IMG/VR virus record: IMGVR_UViG_3300009136_000007
Span: 1 to 55,953 of that record
Length of the DNA stretch: 55,953 bases
Reading direction: 5' to 3' (one strand)
From: a virus
Lineage: Duplodnaviria; Caudoviricetes
Position numbers and translations under genes: made by a program. The notes under the pieces are model-generated. The model made no database searches. It was not told the DNA's origin and saw nothing but the letters and a program-made list of their open reading frames with translations. Below are positions 8,570-16,512 of this stretch, one piece after another. Each line of letters begins with the position of its first letter. Position 1 is the first letter of the stretch.

Positions 8570-10126
8570 ATGTCAGACAAAATTGTCAAAAACCTCAATT
8601 TTGGGGAAGACGCCAAGACAACGGTGTTTAAGGGAATAAAAAAGCTAACAAAAGCTGTTAGCTCTACTTTAGGGGCTAGTGGTAAATGCGTTATCTTAGA
8701 AGATGGTAGTGGTAAACCAGTTATCACCAAGGACGGTGTAACAGTTGCTGACTCAATAGTCTTGCTGGATCCTGTGGAAAACATGGGAGCAACTCTTCTA
8801 AAAGAAGCAGCTAGAAAAACAGTTAAAGAAGCTGGTGACGGAACAACTACAGCTACCGTACTTGCTCACTCAATACTTAAGCAAGCTTACAAACTAGACA
8901 AAGACTATAACAGCAGAGATTTAAAAAACGGTATTAACAACGCTGTTGAAAAAGTAGTCAAGTACTTAGAGAAAAACTCTATTCAAGTAACAGGTGATAT
9001 GATTGACTCTGTGGCTACTATATCAACAAACAACGATCCAGTTTTAGGTAAGGTTATTGGAGATGCTTTTAGGTCAGTAGGAGAGACCGGAGTGGTTATG
9101 ATGGAGCCAACTAATGAATCTGAGACTTATGTTGACGTTGTTGATGGTGTTCAATACGATAAAGGGTTAACAAATTCTAACTTTGTAACTAACAAATCAA
9201 CAAAAGAAGCTGTGCTTGATAATCCTTTAGTGTTACTAGTAGATTCACCTATTGAAAGTATTAGACAAATACAGTCAGTTCTTGAATATGTTATTAAAAA
9301 TACAAAGTCACTACTTATTGTTGCTGATATAGATCAACCGGTTTTATCAGCTTTAGCCATGAACAAGGTAAAGGGTAATATAAAAGTAAACGTTATTAAT
9401 GCGCCTACTTTTGGTATCAACAAAAAAGATACACTAACGGACTTATCTATGTTAACTGGAGCTACTGTCATCAACGAAGATCTTGGAGATGATTTAGATC
9501 TTATATCGGTAGACAAACTAGGAGAATGTGTTAGAAGTGTAACTGGTGAACAAGATACTATTATACAAATAAAAGAAACACCAGAGGAAGTAAATGAGCT
9601 TATTCGCAAAATTAAAGAACAGCTTGAGACTGAAAAATCTCCTGCAAATGTTATACGACTTGAAACTAGACTTGCACGTTTATCTGCTAAGGTTGCAATT
9701 GTCAAGGTTGGAGCGAACTCAGACATTGAACTTAAAGAAAAAACAGACAGAGTCGAAGACGCTATCTGCGCTACAAAAGCCGCAATCAAAGAAGGTATAA
9801 TCCCAGGAGGAGGTATTGCTCTGCTCAACGCGTCTACATATACAAAAGCTAAAAGCAAAGGTGAAGAAGTTTTACTAGAAGCTATAAAAGCTCCTTACGA
9901 AACTATTCTTTCCAATGCTGGTTTAGAATTAGTTTATCCTGACAAGAAAAATAGAGGGCTAAATGTGGTTACAGGAAAAGACGTAAATATGGTACGAGCT
10001 GGTATTATCGATCCATTACTGGTTACTAAGAGTGCTTTAAAGAACGCGGCTTCAGTAGCTACAACCATACTATCAACCGATTGTGTAATCAATAACTTAA
10101 GAGTAGGAGATGAAAGCAATAGGTAG
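8570..10126 (+). CDS. groEL: Chaperonin GroEL (phage-encoded)
   Basis: ITKDGVTVA, GDGTTT, PGGGIAL and GIIDP motifs; no GGM tail. Confidence 0.97.
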   Translation: MSDKIVKNLNFGEDAKTTVFKGIKKLTKAVSSTLGASGKCVILEDGSGKPVITKDGVTVADSIVLLDPVENMGATLLKEAARKTVKEAGDGTTTATVLAHSILKQAYKLDKDYNSRDLKNGINNAVEKVVKYLEKNSIQVTGDMIDSVATISTNNDPVLGKVIGDAFRSVGETGVVMMEPTNESETYVDVVDGVQYDKGLTNSNFVTNKSTKEAVLDNPLVLLVDSPIESIRQIQSVLEYVIKNTKSLLIVADIDQPVLSALAMNKVKGNIKVNVINAPTFGINKKDTLTDLSMLTGATVINEDLGDDLDLISVDKLGECVRSVTGEQDTIIQIKETPEEVNELIRKIKEQLETEKSPANVIRLETRLARLSAKVAIVKVGANSDIELKEKTDRVEDAICATKAAIKEGIIPGGGIALLNASTYTKAKSKGEEVLLEAIKAPYETILSNAGLELVYPDKKNRGLNVVTGKDVNMVRAGIIDPLLVTKSALKNAASVATTILSTDCVINNLRVGDESNR

Positions 10127-10370
10127 AAATTTAATTATAAAGAAAACAAAAGAAGGGACCACTAAAACTAAAGGTGGTCTACTTCTTGCTGAGTCACACA
10201 GAGAAGATATAAGGTATATAAAAGCTAGTGTAATTTCTATTGGAAGTGACGTGGTTGGCGTAAAAGAAAATGATGACATATTCTTTGATAGACACGCCGG
10301 TCACAAAATAGAAATAGGTAAAGAATCTTATCACGTTATTAAACTAGAAGATATAGTTGTTGTTTTATGA
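10110..10370 (+). CDS. groES: Co-chaperonin GroES
   Basis: KTKGGLLL mobile loop and C-terminal EDIVVVL; overlaps the 3' end of groEL. Confidence 0.92.
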   Translation: MKAIGRNLIIKKTKEGTTKTKGGLLLAESHREDIRYIKASVISIGSDVVGVKENDDIFFDRHAGHKIEIGKESYHVIKLEDIVVVL

Positions 10371-10813
10371 AAAGGCTAGACGCAAGAGACATAAAAGATA
10401 TGAACTTGCTAAAACATTACCGTATAATACGCAAATGGGCCTGTAAAAACAACAATCTAAATGACGCTGATTTAGAGCTTTTAATATATCTTGATTGTAT
10501 GGAGTATTTTTCAAAGCAAGACTTTAAAACCGGCTCTTACTCTTACAGTTGGGATAATAGACGCTGGAACAAACTCTTAAAAGCTGACTGGATAAAAGTA
10601 TGGAGAAAGAGGAATAGAACTACTCAATTATACAATATATATCAAATATCCTTCAAAGGAAAACAGCTTATAAATAGGATGTACAGGACTATGTTAGGCG
10701 AAGAAGATATACCAACTAGTTCAAGAAGAAATAAAATAATAAGCGGTAATAGTTATACGGACAAAGTTTTAACTACAGCCATATATAATGTTAACAACGA
10801 TAAAGAAAGATAA
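10367..10813 (+). CDS. Putative winged-helix DNA-binding protein
   Basis: LNDADLELLIYL...LLKADWI...YQISFKGKQL resembles a MarR-like winged HTH. Confidence 0.55.
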   Translation: MKRLDARDIKDMNLLKHYRIIRKWACKNNNLNDADLELLIYLDCMEYFSKQDFKTGSYSYSWDNRRWNKLLKADWIKVWRKRNRTTQLYNIYQISFKGKQLINRMYRTMLGEEDIPTSSRRNKIISGNSYTDKVLTTAIYNVNNDKER

Positions 10814-10815
10814 CT

Positions 10816-11148
10816 ATGCCTACTTACAAACAAGACTTAAAAGCTACAACAGGCAATGCACCTGCAAAGTATATTGACCCGTTAACTGGACAAGAAATTC
10901 CAGACCAACAATTAACGTATGCTCCACCTACACCTGGAAACCAAATGGGTGTTGCTAAACCACTATTTAATGACTCTGTCGTTAACGCTGGTAATCAAAT
11001 ATTTGGAGGCGTTGATCAAAGACAAAGATCGCTGCAAAACCAATCCGGCGTGATTCAATCTCCTATGTATTTCAAAGATCAAACAGGTGATGGCAAGATA
11101 ACTAGAGCAGATGTTATTAAAGCTAGAGTAGAAGGATATAAAAAATAA
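10816..11148 (+). CDS. Small protein with a C-terminal EF-hand/dockerin-like loop
   Basis: DQTGDGKITRAD motif preceded by SPMYFK. Confidence 0.65.
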   Translation: MPTYKQDLKATTGNAPAKYIDPLTGQEIPDQQLTYAPPTPGNQMGVAKPLFNDSVVNAGNQIFGGVDQRQRSLQNQSGVIQSPMYFKDQTGDGKITRADVIKARVEGYKK

Positions 11149-11160
11149 AAATAAAAAATT

Positions 11161-11361
11161 ATGGCAAAAAAAGTAACAAAAGCTGATACTAACGCCGGAG
11201 GCGTAGTTGGTGAAAACACTATTTGGGACGGACCACTAAGTCAAGTTGGTAGACCACACGGTAAAGGATCTAGTAGCGGATCTAAAGGTATGAAATTAAA
11301 ACTAGCTGATTGTAGTTGTGATTCCTTGAAGGGACCAATTACTCAAAGAGCTAAGGGATAG
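11161..11361 (+). CDS. Small basic hypothetical protein
   Basis: Clean ORF with A-rich leader inside the operon. Confidence 0.7.
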   Translation: MAKKVTKADTNAGGVVGENTIWDGPLSQVGRPHGKGSSSGSKGMKLKLADCSCDSLKGPITQRAKG

Positions 11362-11362
11362 T

Positions 11363-11515
11363 ATGTTTTCAATGGGAGATATAAAATTGTATATGTTAAA
11401 TGTAAGTGCGTTTGCTGTGTCGATGTCTAGTATAGACGTTGTACTTAAATTGACCCTTTTAGCTGTTTCTATCGGTTACACTGTTCAGAAATGGTACAAC
11501 TTAAATAAAAAATAA
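11363..11515 (+). CDS. Small membrane protein, holin-like (50 aa, not in ORF track)
   Basis: MFSMGDIKLYMLNVSAFAVSMSSIDVVLKLTLLAVSIGYTVQKWYNLNKK; two hydrophobic segments and a basic tail; fills the gap exactly. Confidence 0.65.
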   Translation: MFSMGDIKLYMLNVSAFAVSMSSIDVVLKLTLLAVSIGYTVQKWYNLNKK

Positions 11516-11516
11516 A

Positions 11517-11789
11517 ATGGCAAAGTTAGATAAATCTAAAATGGCTTGTAATAAGCCTAAAAAAACACCAAGTCACGCGACTAAGTCTCACGCAGTGAAA
11601 GCTTGCTCCGGTGGTAAGGAAAAAATAATTAGATTTGGACAACAAGGTGTTAGCACTGCTGGTAAACCTAAAAAAGGTGAATCAGCTAAGCAAAAAGCTA
11701 GACGTGCTAGTTTCAAAGCTAGACATGCTAAGAATATAAAGAAAGGTAAAATGTCTGCCGCTTATTGGGCAGATAAAGTTAAATGGTAA
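11517..11789 (+). CDS. Small basic protein (DUF6321-like)
   Basis: KIIRFGQQG...RRASFKARH...SAAYWADKVKW pattern common in marine phages. Confidence 0.7.
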   Translation: MAKLDKSKMACNKPKKTPSHATKSHAVKACSGGKEKIIRFGQQGVSTAGKPKKGESAKQKARRASFKARHAKNIKKGKMSAAYWADKVKW

Positions 11790-11802
11790 AAACAAAGTAA
11801 TT

Positions 11803-11937
11803 ATGTACGGAAAAAAAGAATCACCAGCTAAAATGAGCTACGGGAAATCACCAGTTAAAAAGAAAGGATCTTTCGTTTCTAAACACTGCACACCTACTTC
11901 TCCACTACAAAAGAAAGGTTGTAAAAAGAAGTATTAA
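11803..11937 (+). CDS. Very basic SPxK-repeat microprotein (44 aa, not in ORF track)
   Basis: MYGKKESPAKMSYGKSPVKKKGSFVSKHCTPTSPLQKKGCKKKY; fills the gap exactly. Confidence 0.7.
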   Translation: MYGKKESPAKMSYGKSPVKKKGSFVSKHCTPTSPLQKKGCKKKY

Positions 11938-11938
11938 T

Positions 11939-12244
11939 ATGGCTTTTAAACTTAATCCACCGTTCAAGTGTGATAACACTCCGGTTTACCGAGTAGATAC
12001 AGAGGATGGTGTTCTAGGTTTAGCTAACAACAATGGGACGATACTAATCAATAAGTATTTAAGTCCAGCTAAAGCAAAAGAAGTTATTGACCACGAAATG
12101 GTTCACGTAGATCAAATGAAACGTGGAGACCTGGACTACGATGATAACAACGTATACTGGAAAGGTAAGAAGTACTCTAGAAAGTCTATGGACGAAGGGG
12201 CTAAAAACCTACCTTGGGAAAAAGAAGCGTATAAAAAATCATAA
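11939..12244 (+). CDS. Minimal zincin metallopeptidase, candidate virion maturation protease
   Basis: VLGLA...ILIN...HEMVH...PWEKEA (HExxH plus a distal Glu). Confidence 0.75.
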   Translation: MAFKLNPPFKCDNTPVYRVDTEDGVLGLANNNGTILINKYLSPAKAKEVIDHEMVHVDQMKRGDLDYDDNNVYWKGKKYSRKSMDEGAKNLPWEKEAYKKS

Positions 12245-12255
12245 ACAAAATAAAA

Positions 12256-12540
12256 ATGGCAAAAATTAAAAAACCAAGTAAAACACCTTTTTACAAGACT
12301 GGGCCTATTGACCCTAACCCAAAAGAAAAACAACCAAAAGCTAAAGCAGGTGAAATACCTGGGTTACAGGAGATTAAGCAAAGGTTCAAGGGCAAGTATG
12401 AAGTTACAGCTAAAAAAGGTAAACTTAATAAATATACTTTAACAGATAAGAGTGGTAATTCAGTTTCTTATTCTGCTGGGCCAAAAAGCAAAAAAGAAAA
12501 AAGAACTCTTGCTGACGCTATAAACGAATCAATGAAATGA
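12256..12540 (+). CDS. Small basic hypothetical protein
   Basis: Lys-rich with an N-terminal TPFYK motif. Confidence 0.7.
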   Translation: MAKIKKPSKTPFYKTGPIDPNPKEKQPKAKAGEIPGLQEIKQRFKGKYEVTAKKGKLNKYTLTDKSGNSVSYSAGPKSKKEKRTLADAINESMK

Positions 12541-12941
12541 AAAAAATATTCCAATGGCTTACTGGCGGAGTAATAAAAGAAGTTGGTAATGTTATTGATA
12601 AGCTTACAACAACTAAAGAAGAAAAACTAGAGGCTCAAAGACTAATACAAGAAATATTAGAAAAAGCTGACAGCGAGGCTCAAGCGCAAGTTACTGATCG
12701 TTGGAAAGCTGATATGAATAGTGATAGTTGGTTATCTAAAAACATAAGACCTATGGTTTTGATATATCTAACATTCGTGTTTAGTGTTTTATCTTTTGCA
12801 GATGGTAATATAGGTAACTTTAAAGTAGATGAATCTTACACGCCTATATTCCAATCGTTATTAATAACAGTGTATGGCGCTTACTTTGTTGGCCGTACTT
12901 GGGAAAAAAATAAAAAATCAAGTGATAATAAAAATAAGTAG
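12537..12941 (+). CDS. Holin (3TM/GTA-holin type)
   Basis: SDSWLSKNIRP, two transmembrane helices and YFVGRTWEK. Confidence 0.85.
   Translation: MKKIFQWLTGGVIKEVGNVIDKLTTTKEEKLEAQRLIQEILEKADSEAQAQVTDRWKADMNSDSWLSKNIRPMVLIYLTFVFSVLSFADGNIGNFKVDESYTPIFQSLLITVYGAYFVGRTWEKNKKSSDNKNK
12902..12930 (+). promoter_or_regulatory. Putative late promoter, class L (variant)
   Basis: GGAA-N16-GTGATAATA, 38 nt upstream of ORF 12969. Confidence 0.5.
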
Positions 12942-12968
12942 AAATATAATCAATTAAATTAAATCAAA

Positions 12969-13235
12969 ATGTCAAAAATTAAAAAAGAACAATTAAAAAC
13001 TATTCAAGAGCAGCAGAGTAAACTACAAGGTGTTTTAACTGATATCGGTGTTATCGAAGTACGTAAACACGAAGTTTTACATGCTCAAGCTTTAATTACT
13101 CAAGAAATTGAAGCTACAAAAAAAGAACTTGAAGAGGAGTATGGTGCTATCAATATTAACATGAGCGACGGTTCTTATACTGAAATTGAAGAAAAAGACG
13201 ACTCTGACTTGACAGTAGTTAAATCTGAGGACTAA
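12969..13235 (+). CDS. Coiled-coil hypothetical protein
   Basis: Heptad pattern followed by YG..NI...DG; (TAAAT)n leader. Confidence 0.7.
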   Translation: MSKIKKEQLKTIQEQQSKLQGVLTDIGVIEVRKHEVLHAQALITQEIEATKKELEEEYGAININMSDGSYTEIEEKDDSDLTVVKSED

Positions 13236-13462
13236 TGAACTCTGTAGTTAGAAAAATAAGTATAGGTTCTGATTACAAAAATGATGCAATGCATTACGCT
13301 GTAGGTCAGCAAGTTTACGGGGGTCATACTATATCGGCTATACTGTATTCTGAAGACGACAGCTCTTACAGCATATACATTAAAAAGAAAGACGAGGTAA
13401 TGCCATGGAAGAAGTTTAATTCTAACATGGCTATATCCGTTGAGTATGATCTAGAATATTAA
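13235..13462 (+). CDS. Hypothetical protein
   Basis: TAATG coupling on both sides. Confidence 0.75.
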   Translation: MNSVVRKISIGSDYKNDAMHYAVGQQVYGGHTISAILYSEDDSSYSIYIKKKDEVMPWKKFNSNMAISVEYDLEY

Positions 13463-14067
13463 TGAAAAGTTTATTTGACTTTATCGTAAAACCAATTAAT
13501 AAGAGGTACGATACAGAGGTTAAAGTAGGTGACAAAAGCCTAATAACTAACACTAATACTGAAGACTTTAAAGCCGTAAGTAATAAAGCGATAGTAGTTT
13601 CAACTCCTTCAGCTTATTCAACACCTATAAAAAAGGGTGACGTGGTCATTATACACCACAATGTTTTTAGAAGTTTTTTTGATATTAGAGGCAAACGTAA
13701 AGACAGTAGGTCTAAATTCATAGATGATTTATACTTTTGTTCGCCTGACCAAATATACTTATACAATAGTGACGACACTTGGAATTCTTTTCAAGACCGT
13801 TGCTTTGTAAAACCGCTGTTAGATAACAATGATCTAACGCTGGATAAAGAGAGAAAGCTTATAGGAATACTAAAATATGGTAATAGTTCCTTAGAAGCTC
13901 TTAAAATCGTTCCTGGTGACCTAATAGGTTATACTCCGTATGGTGAGTTTGAATTTGTGATTGATGGTGAACGATTATATTGTATGAAATCAAATGATAT
14001 TGCAATCAAATATGAATATAAAGGAGACGAAAAAGAATATAATCCTAGCTGGGCAAAAAGCGGTTGA
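13462..14067 (+). CDS. Tandem GroES-like co-chaperonin (two domains)
   Basis: Two repeats of F(I)VKP...GD(V/L)(V/I); the second ends EFVIDGERLYCMKSNDI like the GroES C-terminus. Confidence 0.65.
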   Translation: MKSLFDFIVKPINKRYDTEVKVGDKSLITNTNTEDFKAVSNKAIVVSTPSAYSTPIKKGDVVIIHHNVFRSFFDIRGKRKDSRSKFIDDLYFCSPDQIYLYNSDDTWNSFQDRCFVKPLLDNNDLTLDKERKLIGILKYGNSSLEALKIVPGDLIGYTPYGEFEFVIDGERLYCMKSNDIAIKYEYKGDEKEYNPSWAKSG

Positions 14068-14287
14068 GGAATTAATTCAAGTAGCTAAGGAAAAAATAGT
14101 TGACTCAGATGATGATATATCTGCTGATAGATTAAAAAACGCTGCAGCTACAAAGAAGCTAGCTATTTTCGATGCTTTTGAAATACTTAGTAGAATAGAA
14201 GAGGAAGAAAAGCTTTTGGAAGAAAAACCAAAAGATGCTAAACAAGAAAAATCTTTTAGAGGTTTTGCTGAAGGTAGATCTAAGTAA
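14012..14287 (+). CDS. Putative terminase small subunit
   Basis: Small helical protein coupled directly upstream of the large terminase; ATG 14012 preferred over 13994. Confidence 0.55.
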   Translation: MNIKETKKNIILAGQKAVEELIQVAKEKIVDSDDDISADRLKNAAATKKLAIFDAFEILSRIEEEEKLLEEKPKDAKQEKSFRGFAEGRSK

Positions 14288-16512
14288 TGTATAAGCAAAC
14301 GCTAGTACGTACCGTAAAAGATCACATAAAGCCAAAGGTACTCAAAAGAAACAATAGATATAAAAAGTGGGAAAAAGGCTATAACCCTGAGCACGATGTA
14401 GTTATAATAAGTAGCGATGGAACTATAGGTGAGATTATAGAAATTCAAAACTTAAAAATAGCATTACCGTTAAAACCTAAGAACGTTCACAAATGTTCTC
14501 AGGATAAAAAAGATCAAGTTTGGACGAAGTTGGAATATCCAAAAGAACTATCTAAGATAAAGAGTGTTTTTGATTGGGAAAAATATCCAACTGATTTTAA
14601 AGAAGAGTGGTACGAATACATAGACAAAGAGTTTGAAAAAAGAGAAAAAGGTTTTTGGTTTTATAACAATGGTAATCCAACTTACATCACTGGTACTCAT
14701 TACATGTACTTGCAGTGGTCCAAGATTGATGTTGGGGCAGCAGATTATAGGGAATCAAATAGAATATTCTTCATATTCTGGGAAGCTTGTAAAGCAGACA
14801 AGAGGTGTTATGGAATGTCGTATCTCAAGAATAGACGTTCAGGATTTTCATTCATGGCGTCTGGGGAGACAGTTAACATGGCAACGATATCAACGGATTC
14901 ACGGTTTGGGATATTGTCCAAATCTGGCTCCGATGCTAAGAAAATGTTCACAGATAAAGTTGTACCCATCTCTATTAACTACCCGTTCTTCTTCAAACCA
15001 ATACAAGACGGAATGGATCGCCCAAAAACGGAGCTCGCTTATAGAGTACCCGCGTCAAGGCTCACCAGACGTAAACTTAACGAAGGTGAAACCGAGGAGG
15101 AACTAGAAGGATTAGATACAACTATTGACTGGAAGAACACAGGAGACAACTCCTATGATGGTGAAAAATTAAAACTATTAGTACACGATGAAAGTGGAAA
15201 ATGGGAACGGCCAGATAACATACTAAATAACTGGCGAGTTACAAAAACTTGTTTAAGGCTAGGTAGTAGGATCGTTGGTAAATGCATGATGGGCTCAACC
15301 TCTAACGCTTTAGAAAAAGGTGGTGGAAACTTTAAAAAACTTTACTATGCTTCAAATGTCGAAAAAAGAAACCGCAACGGACAGACTAGTTCGGGATTAT
15401 ATAGTTTGTTCATTCCTATGGAATGGAACTACGAAGGATTCATCGATGCTTATGGGCTACCTGTATTCGACAACCCCAAGAAAGAAACTAGAGACCCCAG
15501 CGGTGAAATAATAACTAACGGAGTAATAGAGCATTGGCATAACGAAGTTGAGGGTCTAAAAGATGATCAAGACGGCTTAAATGAATACTATCGTCAATTT
15601 CCTCGAACAGAGGAACACGCTTTTAGAGACGAGGCAAAAGAATCTTTATTTAATTTAACAAAGATATACGAACAAATAGATTACAACGCTGATCTACATA
15701 ACACAGCTACCATTACAACCGGTAGCTTCATGTGGGAAAATGGTGTTAAAGATAGTAGGGTTTTATTCTACCCAAACAAAGATGGTAGATTCAAAATATC
15801 TTGGGTTCCACCAGTTAGTTTACAGAATAGAATAATAGTTAAAAACGGTGTAAAGCACGCGGGTAACGAGCATTGCGGAGCATTCGGTTGTGATAGCTAT
15901 GATATATCAGGTACAGTTGATAAGAGAGGTTCTAACGGATCTCTACACGGCTTAACAAAGTTTTCAATGGAAAACGTACCACCAAACTTATTTTTCTTGG
16001 AATACATAGCTAGACCTCAAACAGCTGAAATATTTTTCGAAGACGTGTTGATGGCTTGTGTATTCTACGGAATGCCTATATTGTGCGAGAACAACAAACC
16101 TAGATTACTATACCACTTCAAAAGAAGAGGTTACAGAGGTTTCGCAATGAATAGACCAGATAAGGTGTATAACAAATTATCTGTTACAGAAAGAGAAATA
16201 GGTGGAGTGCCGAACTCCAGTGAAGATATGAAGCAAGCTCACGCAGCTGCTATTGAAACATATGTAGAAGAAAACGTTGGTAATACACCTAACGGTTACG
16301 GTAACATGTATTTTCAAAGAACATTAGAAGACTGGGCTAAGTTTAACATAAATAACAGAACAAAGCATGATGCTTCTATTAGCTCTGGTTTAGCTATAAT
16401 GGCTTGTAACAAAAACAGATATACTCCTGTGGCTAAAAAAGAATACAAGAAAATAAATTTAGGTATAAAACGATACGATAACAAAGGTACATCGTCAAAA
16501 ATTATAAGATAA
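14287..16512 (+). CDS. terL: Terminase large subunit
   Basis: KNRRSGFS Walker A variant, LLVHDESGK Walker B, GST coupling motif, GCDSYD...HDASIS RNase H-like nuclease. Confidence 0.93.
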   Translation: MYKQTLVRTVKDHIKPKVLKRNNRYKKWEKGYNPEHDVVIISSDGTIGEIIEIQNLKIALPLKPKNVHKCSQDKKDQVWTKLEYPKELSKIKSVFDWEKYPTDFKEEWYEYIDKEFEKREKGFWFYNNGNPTYITGTHYMYLQWSKIDVGAADYRESNRIFFIFWEACKADKRCYGMSYLKNRRSGFSFMASGETVNMATISTDSRFGILSKSGSDAKKMFTDKVVPISINYPFFFKPIQDGMDRPKTELAYRVPASRLTRRKLNEGETEEELEGLDTTIDWKNTGDNSYDGEKLKLLVHDESGKWERPDNILNNWRVTKTCLRLGSRIVGKCMMGSTSNALEKGGGNFKKLYYASNVEKRNRNGQTSSGLYSLFIPMEWNYEGFIDAYGLPVFDNPKKETRDPSGEIITNGVIEHWHNEVEGLKDDQDGLNEYYRQFPRTEEHAFRDEAKESLFNLTKIYEQIDYNADLHNTATITTGSFMWENGVKDSRVLFYPNKDGRFKISWVPPVSLQNRIIVKNGVKHAGNEHCGAFGCDSYDISGTVDKRGSNGSLHGLTKFSMENVPPNLFFLEYIARPQTAEIFFEDVLMACVFYGMPILCENNKPRLLYHFKRRGYRGFAMNRPDKVYNKLSVTEREIGGVPNSSEDMKQAHAAAIETYVEENVGNTPNGYGNMYFQRTLEDWAKFNINNRTKHDASISSGLAIMACNKNRYTPVAKKEYKKINLGIKRYDNKGTSSKIIR

